Source: Thainema sp.
Lineage (GTDB): Bacteria; Cyanobacteriota; Cyanobacteriia; Phormidesmidales; Phormidesmidaceae
Reading direction: 5' to 3'
Length of the DNA stretch: 64,000 nt
NCBI GenBank assembly: GCA_052168235.1
Contig: JBQLZK010000002.1
Span: 265,456 to 329,455, forward strand
The notes below the pieces were generated by a model. It was not told the DNA's origin. It saw only the letters and a program-made list of their open reading frames with translations, and made no database searches. This document shows positions 10,319 through 20,803 of this stretch, in pieces; the first letter of the stretch is position 1; each line of letters starts with the position of its first letter. Position numbers and translations under genes: made by a program.

Positions 10319-11095
10319 CTATAAAATCTGAGACAGGAATTTTTGCGATCGCTCTTCTTTGGGATTGTTGAAAAACTCTTCTGGCGTGGCTTCTTCAACC
10401 AGAACGCCGCTATCCATCAGCACCACCCGGTCGGCCACTTCTCGGGCAAAGCCGACTTCGTGGGTGACGCACACCATTGTCATGCCGGAGGAGGCTAGTG
10501 TCCGCATTACGTCTAATACTTCTCGCACCATCTCGGGGTCAAGCGCCGAGGTCGGTTCGTCGAACAGCATGATTTTCGGTTCCATCGCTAGAGCCCGTGC
10601 GATCGCAACCCGCTGCTGCTGACCACCGGATAGCTGGCCCGGATATTTCTGCGCCTGTTCCAGGATGCCAACCCTTTCCAGGAGCTGCATGGCTTTTTCT
10701 TCGGCCCGCTTTTTCGGCCAGCGGCGCACCCAAATGGGTGCCAGAGTGACATTTTTCAGCACGGTCAGGTGGGGAAACAGATTAAATTGCTGAAACACCA
10801 TGCCCACTTCGCGCCTTACCGTGTCGATGTTTTTCAAATCACGGGATAGATGAATTCCGTCGATCACGATGCTGCCTTTTTGATAAGTTTCCAAGGCATT
10901 GAATGTGCGAATGAAGGTGGATTTTCCAGAACCGGATGGTCCCATAACGACGACGACTTCGCCTTTGGTGACGGTTAGGCTAACTCCTCGCAGCACGTGA
11001 AAATTATTGTCGTACCACTTCTCCACGTCCGTCGCAACGATGATTGGTTCGCCCATACCTCCAGTCGTTTCAGATTGAGCTTGAACTTGTGTCAT
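10319..11095 (-). CDS. bgtA: Polar amino-acid ABC transporter ATP-binding subunit (AapP/BgtA-like)
   Basis: [39 protein letters not shown]. Lies downstream of the permeases. Confidence 0.85.
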   Translation of the reverse strand: MTQVQAQSETTGGMGEPIIVATDVEKWYDNNFHVLRGVSLTVTKGEVVVVMGPSGSGKSTFIRTFNALETYQKGSIVIDGIHLSRDLKNIDTVRREVGMVFQQFNLFPHLTVLKNVTLAPIWVRRWPKKRAEEKAMQLLERVGILEQAQKYPGQLSGGQQQRVAIARALAMEPKIMLFDEPTSALDPEMVREVLDVMRTLASSGMTMVCVTHEVGFAREVADRVVLMDSGVLVEEATPEEFFNNPKEERSQKFLSQIL

Positions 11096-11441
11096 GGTGT
11101 TTTTCCTACCCGTATGAATACGTTGAATCAAAATGATGCAGTTTTAAATAGCTGCGAGATCGCTGGATTGGTTATATCAACTCATGTTGACCGCATTTTA
11201 GCCTGATGACTGTCGGCCAAAGCGCAAGTGTGAAGTTATATGCAGTCCGGTTACGCGGACTTGATATTACGTTTGCCTCCAGTTCTGCTGACACCTTAGA
11301 GCAGGTTAGCCGAGGCCATTGTTATATAGATGACAAACCCTTGGCCGAACAAGGTTTCAGCTAACTTTAGCCGCTCTAGTTGAGTTGCAGCTTATAGCCA
11401 TTAGGTCGAGTGCTAACTTTTTTGATTTGCCGCCTATTTCC

Positions 11442-12671
11442 CTAGCGCTGTCCGGTATTCAACTGCTTCTCGATTTGACGACTGCCGAGCGCCATTGCAT
11501 AGCAGCAGACCCAGTAAATCAGCGCCACGAAGGTATACACCTCGGCGTAGCGACCCAAAAATTGCGGGTTAGCCAGGATCGACTGCGAGATGCCTAAGAG
11601 TTCGACCAGACCGACAATCGCTAGCAGCGATGTGTCTTTGAACAAGCTGATAAACTGGCCCACAATTGTGGGAATTACGGCTTTCAGTGCCTGCGGCAGG
11701 ACGATCAGCAGCGTGACCAGTGCGCCATTGAGACCCAAGGCACGAGCCGCTTCTGACTGTCCGCGTGGAATGGCCTGTAAACCACCGCGCACGTTTTCCG
11801 CCAGATAAACTGCCGCAAAGATGGTCAAACCTGCGATCGCACGTAGCACCCGATCGGGTGGTTGCGATCCGGGAGCCAGCACCAGCGGCAGCATCACCTG
11901 GGCCATAAACAAAATCGTGATCAGCGGCAGTCCGCGAATGATTTCAATAAACGCAATACAGACCCAGCGCACGATCACGAGATCACTTTGCCGCCCCAGC
12001 GCCAGCAAGACCCCGAACGGAAAGCACAGCACGATACTGGTGACGGCGGTCAGAAGGGTCAGCACAAAGCCGCTTAGATCCTGCAATCGCACCGTCCTCA
12101 TACCGGGCAGCAGACCCTGGAGCAGAATCAGGCCAACGATATATGCAACCAGCCACACCAGCGTCAGCCAGCCGCCAATCCCTTCAACTCGCTGTGCGAT
12201 CGCATATCCGCCATAGGCCGTTGCGGCTAGCAGGACTACCATGCCCAGCAGGATCAGGCCACCGGGTACGCTGAAGCCTAGAATTACGCCAATGCTAAGG
12301 GCGGCCAAGACGACCAGCACGGCTAAGCTGGTGGTGTTAAACAAGCGAATATTGCGGCTCAGTACGCCCCAGGTCAGCCCACCCGCTACGGTAAATGCGC
12401 CGACGGTAGCCCACAGCCGCCAGGTCAAATCGGCAGGATAGCGTCCGGCCAGCATCAGTCGAATATTGCGCTGAATCACTTCCCACTGCGCCACGCCAAA
12501 CACCCACTGCACAATGCCGATGGCTAGCCAAGCCAGCACCACCACCGAAACGATGGTCAGGACGGTGTTGAATGGCGAGTTAAATAGGTTGCGTCGCGCC
12601 CACTTCACCGGAGCAACCTGACTTTTGGGTGGTGCGGCGACTGTTCCCGGTTCTGGCTGAGAAAAGGTCAT
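11442..12671 (-). CDS. natH: Amino-acid ABC permease (AapM/NatH-like)
   Basis: EAA loop AENVRGGLQAIPRGQSEAARALG; FISLFKDTSL. Confidence 0.85.
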   Translation of the reverse strand: MTFSQPEPGTVAAPPKSQVAPVKWARRNLFNSPFNTVLTIVSVVVLAWLAIGIVQWVFGVAQWEVIQRNIRLMLAGRYPADLTWRLWATVGAFTVAGGLTWGVLSRNIRLFNTTSLAVLVVLAALSIGVILGFSVPGGLILLGMVVLLAATAYGGYAIAQRVEGIGGWLTLVWLVAYIVGLILLQGLLPGMRTVRLQDLSGFVLTLLTAVTSIVLCFPFGVLLALGRQSDLVIVRWVCIAFIEIIRGLPLITILFMAQVMLPLVLAPGSQPPDRVLRAIAGLTIFAAVYLAENVRGGLQAIPRGQSEAARALGLNGALVTLLIVLPQALKAVIPTIVGQFISLFKDTSLLAIVGLVELLGISQSILANPQFLGRYAEVYTFVALIYWVCCYAMALGSRQIEKQLNTGQR

Positions 12672-12715
12672 GATCTATAACGAGTTCAAAATCAATCAAT
12701 TTATCGGAGCGGATT

Positions 12716-12782
12716 GTAGGGGCGGGTTTAGCCATCAAATTGTGGCTTTAAATCAAAATTGGACAGCAAAAACCGCCCCTAC
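12716..12782. repeat. REP-like element, copy 2
   Basis: GTAGGGGCGGGTTT...AAAACCGCCCCTAC between the two permease genes; homologous to 5605-5671. Confidence 0.75.
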
Positions 12783-12817
12783 GCAATGTTGGTTTGAATT
12801 TAGAGACCTGTATTCAG

Positions 12818-13987
12818 CTAGCGCTCTTTGAGCTGTACTGACTGATTAAATACATTCATCAGTAGCGCAATGATCAGGTTGATGATCAGATAGGTGGACA
12901 TCACAATCAGGATCATTTCTACCGAGCGCCCGGTTTGGTTCGCGGTGGTATTGGATACCGAAAAGATGTCGTTGTAGCCAATTGCGATCGCAAGACTGGA
13001 GTTCTTAGCCAGGTTTAAATACTCACTGGTCAGCGGTGGGATCATCACCCGCAGCGCCTGAGGAAAAATCACCAACTGCATGACGCGATTGGACTGTAAG
13101 CCCAGTGCCCGTGCGGCTTCCCACTGTCCTTTTGAAACCGACTGAATGCCAGCTCGCACCACCTCTGCGATAAAGGCAGCGGTGTAAAGTACCAGTCCGG
13201 TCAGCAAAGCCGCAAATTCTGGTGATAGATTGAGTCCTCCGGTCAGGGATGTTCCTTCCAGCACCGGAACTTCCCACTGTAGGCCAAAGATCAGGCAGAC
13301 CACTAAAACCGCCAGCGCAATATACTGGGCGATGTTCAACGACTGCGGTGACGTGCCCGTTTGCTCCATCAGCTTCATCCGTCGTCGCCAAATGACGACC
13401 AGTGCGATCGCACTAGCAACCAGCAGCAGTAGCGCTAAGCCTGTTCGCAGCGTATAGAGCGGCCACAGTAGATCGACCCCACGCTGGGTCAGGTAGAAAC
13501 CTGGCACGCTAATGGGGGTTTCAATTGCTGGCAGATTCAGAAAAACGGCAAAGTACCAAAAGAAAAGCTGAAGCAGCAGCGGCGTATTGCGAAAAATTTG
13601 CACGTAGATGCTCGAAATTTGCTGCACAAGCCAGTTATCGGACAGTCGCGCAATCCCGGAAACAACGCCAACCACGGTGGCTAAGATGATGCCCAAAATC
13701 ATCACGCGCAGTGAGTTGAGCAAACCCACCAGCAGCGCTCTGCGATAAGGATCGGTGGGCGAATAGGGGATGGCCGTATCGCCAATGCCAAAGGATGCGG
13801 CTCGGTCTAGAAACTCGAAGCCAAAGGGAATATTGAGCCGCTGATAGTTAATGGCGAAATTGGTCGCCAAAATCGCAAAAATGACGGCAATGATGGCCAA
13901 GATAATCACTTGAATGGCAATCTTGACGATCCGTTCGTCTCGCCAAAGGGGAATTTTTTCCTCGGTAATCATCGGATCATGGGTCAT
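12818..13987 (-). CDS. natG: Amino-acid ABC permease (AapQ/NatG-like)
   Basis: FRNTPLLLQL, AEVVRAGIQSVSKGQWEAA, YLNLAKNSSLA. Confidence 0.85.
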   Translation of the reverse strand: MTHDPMITEEKIPLWRDERIVKIAIQVIILAIIAVIFAILATNFAINYQRLNIPFGFEFLDRAASFGIGDTAIPYSPTDPYRRALLVGLLNSLRVMILGIILATVVGVVSGIARLSDNWLVQQISSIYVQIFRNTPLLLQLFFWYFAVFLNLPAIETPISVPGFYLTQRGVDLLWPLYTLRTGLALLLLVASAIALVVIWRRRMKLMEQTGTSPQSLNIAQYIALAVLVVCLIFGLQWEVPVLEGTSLTGGLNLSPEFAALLTGLVLYTAAFIAEVVRAGIQSVSKGQWEAARALGLQSNRVMQLVIFPQALRVMIPPLTSEYLNLAKNSSLAIAIGYNDIFSVSNTTANQTGRSVEMILIVMSTYLIINLIIALLMNVFNQSVQLKER

Positions 13988-14011
13988 GGGTCATCGTTGG
14001 TGCACAAAAGC

Positions 14012-14042
14012 AAACAGGGCAGACCGAGTGGTCTACCCTGTT
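14012..14042 (-). terminator. Stem-loop after the binding-protein gene (partial terminator or mRNA stabiliser)
   Basis: AACAGGGCAGACC-GAGT-GGTCTACCCTGTT; on the minus strand it is followed by a T-rich run. Confidence 0.55.
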
Positions 14043-14049
14043 AGAAGTT

Positions 14050-15105
14050 TTAGCGGAACGGTGGAGAATACATCAGTCCTCCCTCGGTCCATAGCTCATT
14101 GGGGCCACGCTCTAAATCGAACGGTTCACCAATGTTGCGCTCGTAAATTTCGCCATAGTTGCCTACGGCCCGAATTGCCCGCGCCGCAAAGTCGTTGGGC
14201 AGACCCATGTCTTCACCCAAGTTCCCTTCCAGACCCAGGAAGCGCTGAATATTGGGATCTTCGGTGTTCTGGAACGTATCAATATTTTCTGAGGTAATGC
14301 CAAATTCTTCAGCCTGAATCAAAGAATAGACAACCCACTTGACGGCGTCAGACCAGTTGGTATCACCGTTGACCACCGCAGGGGCCAGCGGTTCCTTAGA
14401 CAGGACGACATCCATCACCACATGGTCATCAGGATTGGGCAGCGTGGTGCGGCGAGCCGTAAGTTGGGAACGGTCAGAGGTGGCTCCCTGGCAGCGACCG
14501 CTGGCATAGGCCGCATAGAGGGCATCCTCATCGTCAAAGACAACGGGCGTATATTCAACGCCGCGCTTGCGCATTTGGTCGGCCAAGTTCAGCTCGGTGG
14601 TAGTGCCAGCCTGCACGCAGATCGAAGCGCCTTCTAAATCTTCTAAAGTCGTGAAGCCAGAGGCTCTGGATACCAACATGCCCTGACCGTCATAGAAGAC
14701 TGTGGGCGCAAACTCTAAACCAACGGACGTATCGCGGCTAATGGTGTCGGTGGTGTTGCGGCTAAGGATATCGACTTCACCCGTTTGCACCGCTGTGAAA
14801 CGTTCTTGAGCACTCAGGTTGCGATATTCAACCGCATTGGGATCGTCAAACAGGGCTGCCGCGATCGCACGGCAAACGTCAACATCTAGACCCGAATATT
14901 CACCGCTTTCGTTCACGAAGCTAAATCCGGGTAGCTGTCCATTAACGCCGCAGACGAGAGTGCCACGAGATTGAACCGAGTTGAGGAGGCTGCTACCACT
15001 ACCTCCTTCTTCACCTTCGGTTGAGGTTGTACCACCACCGCCACAAGCGGTCAGGGCAGCCATCAAGCCAAGGGTGAATAAAAAACGTAAGCTCCGGTTT
15101 TGCAT
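14050..15105 (-). CDS. natF: Amino-acid ABC substrate-binding lipoprotein (AapJ/NatF-like)
   Basis: Lipobox LTAC; GLDVDVCRAIAAA, LSKEPLAP, GNYGEIYERN, GGLMYSPPFR. Confidence 0.88.
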   Translation of the reverse strand: MQNRSLRFLFTLGLMAALTACGGGGTTSTEGEEGGSGSSLLNSVQSRGTLVCGVNGQLPGFSFVNESGEYSGLDVDVCRAIAAALFDDPNAVEYRNLSAQERFTAVQTGEVDILSRNTTDTISRDTSVGLEFAPTVFYDGQGMLVSRASGFTTLEDLEGASICVQAGTTTELNLADQMRKRGVEYTPVVFDDEDALYAAYASGRCQGATSDRSQLTARRTTLPNPDDHVVMDVVLSKEPLAPAVVNGDTNWSDAVKWVVYSLIQAEEFGITSENIDTFQNTEDPNIQRFLGLEGNLGEDMGLPNDFAARAIRAVGNYGEIYERNIGEPFDLERGPNELWTEGGLMYSPPFR

Positions 15106-15342
15106 AGGTATTTAGTAAGCTTTTAAGACAAGAACAAATGTAGTACAGCTAGTGTAGTACACCTGAGTTAGTGCTATTCACAATACGAAACACTATAAGG
15201 CTGCGATCGCACGGCCACAGCACAACTTATAGAAAATTCGCTCTTATCTTAGTCGCAACACGTGGTTTGAAGTGTAGTCTCACGAGCAGACAAAACCGAT
15301 GTGAATCGAGTAGACAGTTCGAGTAAACAGTGCCAGTGAGGG

Positions 15343-15561
15343 CTAAGCCGCCAGCCGCTGGTCGGCGATGTCCCGAATCAGTGAGAGCTTGGAGTAGAGA
15401 TAAGCTGCTAAAGTCCCTTTTTCGTCTGCACTTAGGGGATAGCTGACTTGGGTCTCTTGGATAAGCCACTGTACTAAGCCTGTGTCATCCAAATTCAACA
15501 GTGTATGAGTATGAGCTGATTCAATCTGCATCCACAGCTTTCTCAAGATTAAAGGATCCAT
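15343..15561 (-). CDS. Small cyanobacterial hypothetical protein (72 aa)
   Basis: MDPLILRKLW...LVQWL...YLYSKLSLIRDIA, with a GAGG RBS before ATG 15561. Confidence 0.7.
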   Translation of the reverse strand: MDPLILRKLWMQIESAHTHTLLNLDDTGLVQWLIQETQVSYPLSADEKGTLAAYLYSKLSLIRDIADQRLAA

Positions 15562-16112
15562 TGTTTTACCTCTTCTGCGTTCTTCTACGTATTGAGCAAG
15601 CAGGTCAGTAGTATTGAGCGAGCAGTTCCTATTTCTCACCATACACACTGAAGAAGAGAATGGTCTGAAATGTCAAATAGTATGAAACAAGAGTTACTAA
15701 AACCTCAAATTATTGACGTACAACTTGATTAAGAATTGCTCTACTTTTCTGAAACTTCAAATGTCAGTGTTATTAAGATATCTTCAAGAAATATTAAAGC
15801 TGCTAGGCAGCAGCAGTTTATAACAAGTAGCAGCCTTATCCTGTTGATACTGTATCGATGCTCCCATGACAGGAGGTACTGAAATCTCCTGTTCGCGATG
15901 GTTTCGGCGCTTTCTTGATCTCAGCGACACTATGAAAGCCGCCAATGTAAAGAACGAGTTTGGAAGATAGCGAGACGAGAGAAATTAGCGTTGCAACGTT
16001 TTATTGATCAGGCTATTTACAAAGGCCTCTGCTGAAAGATAGATTTATGGCAATTACTTGCTGCCAGGTAAATTAATTCCTGTTGAAGAGTATCTGATCA
16101 AGCGCGGAAAAC

Positions 16113-16156
16113 TGTATCTATTGCTACAAATAGTTTTCTATAGTTCTATATAGATT
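16113..16156 (+). promoter_or_regulatory. Candidate NtcA-activated promoter
   Basis: TGTA-TCTATTGC-TACA at 16113-16128. TAGATT (TAN3T) lies 23 nt downstream on +; TACTCT lies 21 nt downstream on -. Confidence 0.5.
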
Positions 16157-16415
16157 CCTGATCGGTTTTGAAGCCGATTTCTGCATTAATGTGTGAAGTC
16201 ATTGGATTGCTGCTAAATGCGCGATCGCACGTTATCTGCTCCAGCTTTCTTGTCGCAAAATAAACTTTTTGATCATTGGTTTACAATCCGTTTTGATTAG
16301 TTATGCCGATTATGATTTCAGGTCAAGTTGCGATCGCAGCCACCAATCCATCCATCAGCTCCCTTGCTCTACTCCCACTCTCCTCCCGCTCCCCTACTCA
16401 ACACCTCACAGCTTT

Positions 16416-16456
16416 AAAAGAGAACAGGCACGGCTCAGCCGTGCCTGTTCTCTTTT
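16416..16456. terminator. Bidirectional intrinsic terminator downstream of kaiC
   Basis: AAAAGAGAACAGGCACGGCT-C-AGCCGTGCCTGTTCTCTTTT, a perfect hairpin. Confidence 0.75.
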
Positions 16457-16477
16457 AGCTATGTGTAACCGGGCGAT

Positions 16478-18025
16478 CTACTCCACGTTATCCTTCACAC
16501 CTTTGACAATCCGGGACAACTCTGACTTCTCATCAACGCTGACCCGGCTCGGTGAACCGCTGATAATCCGCTCAAAGTTGCGGAACGAGTCTTTGATTTC
16601 TGGCCCCTGCTCGGTAATCGTATACTCGCGAATGCCCTTGTCGTGCCACGATCCCCGCATCTTGAACACATTGATCGCCCGTGACATCTCACCCCGGATC
16701 TCAACGTACTGCAACATCAAAATCGTGTCGGTAATCGTTGAGATATGGGAATCTGTGATTGAGTGGGCACCCATGAACTGGTCAGTGGTATTGGTGAAGA
16801 AGCCCGTAATTTCTTCCTGCTTGGCAAAGCCCGTCACGCCGATGATGAACTGCCGAAAGGCGTTGTTGCTGACCCCTCGTGCCAGCGCTGATAAGGAATC
16901 AATGGCAATGCAATTGGGTTTAAAGTGATCAATCTCTGACTTGATCATCTGTAAGTGATCTTCTAGTCCTGCCGACTCCGGATAGGCGCAGAGAATTTTC
17001 AGCAAGCCCTTGCGCTCCAGCTCCTCAAATTCGATCCCCCAGGAATAGGCGTTGCGAGAAAGCTGTGCCCGCGACTCTTCGTAGGCGAACAGAATGGCCC
17101 GCTCACCTCGATTGCAGGCATCTTGAATGAACTTACTAACCAGCAGGGTTTTGCCCGTACCCGTTGCGCCCGTGGCCAGAATGATGGAGTCCTTGAAGAA
17201 GCCACCGCCACACATTTGATCCAGCGTTTTGACGCCAGAAGAGACGCGCACATTGGACGATCGCTGCGTAAGCCGCATGGCACCCAATGGAAAAATACTG
17301 ATCCCTTGATTCGTAATCGTGAACGGGTATTCCCCTTTCATGTGGGTTGTGCCCCGCAGCTTGAGAATCTCAGCCGTCCGTCGCCGCCGCTCTCCTTCAA
17401 GGACGTTGCGCAAGATCACGACATTGTCGGAGACAAATTCTTCAACCCCAAAGCGGGCAATTGGGCCATATTCCTCGACCCGCTCTGTGGTCATGATTGT
17501 GGTGGCACCCACCTGCTTCATGCGGGCAACTAGGCGAAAAATCTCGCGCCGAACGACCGATGCCGCATCGTACTGCTGAAAGACTGCTGTGACTGAATCG
17601 ATAGACACTCGCCGCGCCTTGTACTTCCGAATGGCGTAGTGAATCCGCTCAATCAGCGCCGACAGGTCAAAACTGCCGACCACATCCTGTCCTTCTGGAT
17701 CGGGTGATGCATCCAGAATAAACAGCTTGCCGTCATCGATCAGTTTTTGCAGATCCCAGCCAAAACTGTAGGCGTTCTTGATAATATCGGCTGGAGACTC
17801 CTCAAAAGTGACAAATATGCCGGGTTCATCGAATTGGGAAATGCCATTGTAGAGAAACTGAACGGCAATCAGTGTTTTGCCCGTGCCCGAGGTGCCGCTA
17901 ACTAGGGTTGTACGACCCGTTGGGAGTCCACCATGACTAATGTCATCGAACCCCTCGATCATCGTGCGGATCTTCTGCACTCCTTTTGCTTCTAGCTGGC
18001 TACCATTCGAATTAGGCTGACTCAT
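16478..18025 (-). CDS. kaiC: Circadian clock protein KaiC
   Basis: Two RecA-like domains (GTSGTGKT, GATGTGKT); phosphosite segment DSHISTITDT; ERIISGSP. Confidence 0.98.
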   Translation of the reverse strand: MSQPNSNGSQLEAKGVQKIRTMIEGFDDISHGGLPTGRTTLVSGTSGTGKTLIAVQFLYNGISQFDEPGIFVTFEESPADIIKNAYSFGWDLQKLIDDGKLFILDASPDPEGQDVVGSFDLSALIERIHYAIRKYKARRVSIDSVTAVFQQYDAASVVRREIFRLVARMKQVGATTIMTTERVEEYGPIARFGVEEFVSDNVVILRNVLEGERRRRTAEILKLRGTTHMKGEYPFTITNQGISIFPLGAMRLTQRSSNVRVSSGVKTLDQMCGGGFFKDSIILATGATGTGKTLLVSKFIQDACNRGERAILFAYEESRAQLSRNAYSWGIEFEELERKGLLKILCAYPESAGLEDHLQMIKSEIDHFKPNCIAIDSLSALARGVSNNAFRQFIIGVTGFAKQEEITGFFTNTTDQFMGAHSITDSHISTITDTILMLQYVEIRGEMSRAINVFKMRGSWHDKGIREYTITEQGPEIKDSFRNFERIISGSPSRVSVDEKSELSRIVKGVKDNVE

Positions 18026-18385
18026 GGCTGGATGGACTCAATACAATCAATCAAATCTAGAGCGAACGAGCAATCAGAGGCTCTAATGATCCTGTTTATG
18101 GACATGCTTGTGGACATCGACCAACCATTTGAAAACCTTTTGTACAAGTAATCAAGGCAAATCATGCCCATGTTTTGGATGTCTCGTCAACAAATGTTAA
18201 GTGAGCGCAAACACTGGTGCAACAATCTATTGATCTAGCAAATAGTTAAGCAGATTGGCAGAATTCATCTTGGCCGAATCTCATGATAGGTCAAAGGCCA
18301 TGCCAATACCCATTGGAACACGATTTGGTGCGAATCTGGATCGATAACCGAGTTTTTAGCAACTGAATAATTTTCATCTAGACTG

Positions 18386-18703
18386 CTATAGCTCGTTTGC
18401 TTCATCGTCACGCAGTTCTTCATAGAGCAGGTCGAGGCCGATGAGGACTCGTTCGCGGTCAGACAGGTCGCCAATAATTTTGCGGACGGGTGGCGGCAGA
18501 ATTTTGGATAGGGTCGGTGTCGCGAGGATTTTGTCTTCTTCTGCAAGCTGGGGATTTTTCAACACATCAATTACTTTCAACGCATAGACACCCTGAAACT
18601 CCTGTTCCAGAATGTTGTTGAGTGTTTTGAGTGCCCGAATCGAGTTGGGCGTATTGCCTGCCACATAGAGCTTCAGCACGTAGGTTTTTTTCAGAGTATT
18701 CAT
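18386..18703 (-). CDS. kaiB: Circadian clock protein KaiB
   Basis: [16 protein letters not shown]...KILATPTL...RKIIGDLS. Start at MNTLKK (18703). Confidence 0.97.
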   Translation of the reverse strand: MNTLKKTYVLKLYVAGNTPNSIRALKTLNNILEQEFQGVYALKVIDVLKNPQLAEEDKILATPTLSKILPPPVRKIIGDLSDRERVLIGLDLLYEELRDDEANEL

Positions 18704-18995
18704 AGTTTGGCAGCACGGATAATCGATGTGACTAGTTAGAAATCGTGACAGAATATCATTCACTCAATTTATTCACTCAATGTAGACGCTTTCCACGAGT
18801 AATCTCGCGAAGCGTTAGGGTCTTTTACGGATTGCTCTAAAAACTTGATTGATGAGCTTGACTTCCGATGATGATGAGTGATGACGAAAGGTTGCGATCG
18901 CAGATTATCCTAATCCGCAGATCATCCTAATCCATCAGGCTTGCATGCGGGTTCATTGTTACCGCCGTTATCGCCAGGTTATCACCAGCTCGTGA

Positions 18996-19943
18996 TCAGG
19001 ACTCGCGCGGAATTGACCGTCGGTACATCTCACAGAGGTGGGCAATCACATCAATCAGCGTTAGCCGATAATCCATCAAAATTTCCTCGCTGCGGCCCTC
19101 TAGCTGGAGCTGTTTCGAGAATTCGTCCATCAGCTCCATATGAATTTCGACGATCTGAGAAACTGACACATCTGCAAAGAAGGCCGTGTTGATATACTCA
19201 TCGATGTGCTGATTCGTCTTTTCGCTGTCAGAAAAATAGGTCAACACGATCTCACGATAACGCCGACTGAGATCTGACAAGAACTCTTGGCGTTCATCGG
19301 GACTCATATGTCGCAGGAAATACTGGGGATTTCGTTTGTAGTACACACCAAGATAACCAAGCCGCTCCTTCAATTTAGAAGCTAGACGTCGTTGTTGTAG
19401 AACCAGGGACGTTTGCTGTGTTGCGCCTAAGCTAGCGCTGAGATGAGGCAACAGTTGGCTAGAGGGCAAATCTAGAAACTGGTCGATTGCCCGATGGATG
19501 CCCGCCTCCAGTGATTGCGGTTCTAATTGCTGAATCAGCAGCAAACCATCGTGATAGTGGGTGCGTAATGTCTCAACGGTCGGATTTGTGGTCTGCGAAC
19601 TGGGGCGAGCGTGGGTACTGACATCGGTGCTGGAGCTTTGATTGGATCGGGCATTTTCATAGTCAGATGTTTGAGCTATTCGGGCATCTGCTTGAACGTT
19701 CAACACCACGATCGGCAAGAGTACGTGACGTGCCTTGAGGTCGCTCAACAACGCCAACAAATCAGGAGAGTTCTCTAGTACTAAGCAGTCAATATGATGT
19801 AAGTTGTCCTCCGTTAGACCCATCAGTTCCGACTGAGACCCTATGAAGTCCAACGTATGTCGCTGATGGTCAAGATGCTCAATTAACAACTGAGAGAGCG
19901 CATCAGAGTAAATAAAAATGCATAGTGAGAGCTTAGATGACAA
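18996..19943 (-). CDS. kaiA: Circadian clock protein KaiA (full length, with N-terminal pseudo-receiver)
   Basis: KLKERLGYLGVYYKRNP...DYRLTLIDVIAHLCEMYRRSIPRE; TTG start. Confidence 0.95.
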   Translation of the reverse strand: MSSKLSLCIFIYSDALSQLLIEHLDHQRHTLDFIGSQSELMGLTEDNLHHIDCLVLENSPDLLALLSDLKARHVLLPIVVLNVQADARIAQTSDYENARSNQSSSTDVSTHARPSSQTTNPTVETLRTHYHDGLLLIQQLEPQSLEAGIHRAIDQFLDLPSSQLLPHLSASLGATQQTSLVLQQRRLASKLKERLGYLGVYYKRNPQYFLRHMSPDERQEFLSDLSRRYREIVLTYFSDSEKTNQHIDEYINTAFFADVSVSQIVEIHMELMDEFSKQLQLEGRSEEILMDYRLTLIDVIAHLCEMYRRSIPRES

Positions 19944-20803
19944 AATCTTACAAAACCTAACGTAGACAGATTCCGCGATCGCGGCACATCTAGTCTAGAT
20001 GAAACGATCTTGGAGTAAATACAGAATTATTTAATATTCATTGTAGTCGGAAAACTCTGCCAATCTGGCTCGCGAGTCAGATTGAATCCTGATTTAAAGG
20101 TGGAGAGGTGCCCACATGCTACGCTGCACCCGAGATGCGCCGTTGTGTCTGCTGCGGCAACGGCAAAATCGATGGGAGTCCTCACGGGAGGCTGGATTCT
20201 TAAATGTTCTAATGTTTCTGGGCGATTTAGTTATCTAGGTGTTTCCATAGGGTAGGTAGCAAAGCTCAAGCCAGTTTTCTAACGCTCCGCTGGGAATATG
20301 TTATCTACGGATGCTTAAACAACCTATCGGGATTTGAATAAGGTTTAAGTCTATCTGGCAAATATCTGACAAGGATGACAAGCAGGATTAGGATAAACGG
20401 GTAGTAATAGTTTTCATGGGCTTGTCTGTGAGCAGCGGAAGTATATATCGGCTAGAGCTAGGCTAGATCTGCTTAATCTAACTTAATCTGCTTAATCTGA
20501 TCGATATTTAACTGCGCTTAATCAGATGAATCGATAGTGTTAGATGACGAGTCTTAGATAACAAGTCGGGTCTAGATCGCGCTGCTCGAAGTGGTTCTCT
20601 AGGTCGTGAAATCTCTAGGTGGTGAGCTGAAGTAAACTGACAAGTCGCAGTGAGGGGATCCTGCGATCGCAACTCTATCTGATGCGCTGCCTAATGCACG
20701 TCAATGATTCGCCTAATCTAAGCTGCTTATCTAAATCTAATTTCTAATTCACTGGCGGAATTAATAACCGTCTGGATGTTCTGGGGCTAGATTGACAACT
20801 GCT

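Noticed and set aside
16269..16928. 219-aa plus-strand ORF
   Set aside because: Largely antisense to kaiC and crosses the terminator; no recognisable features.
18810..18835. RpaA-binding site upstream of kaiB
   Set aside because: Only a weak TAA repeat is visible; it cannot be supported by eye.
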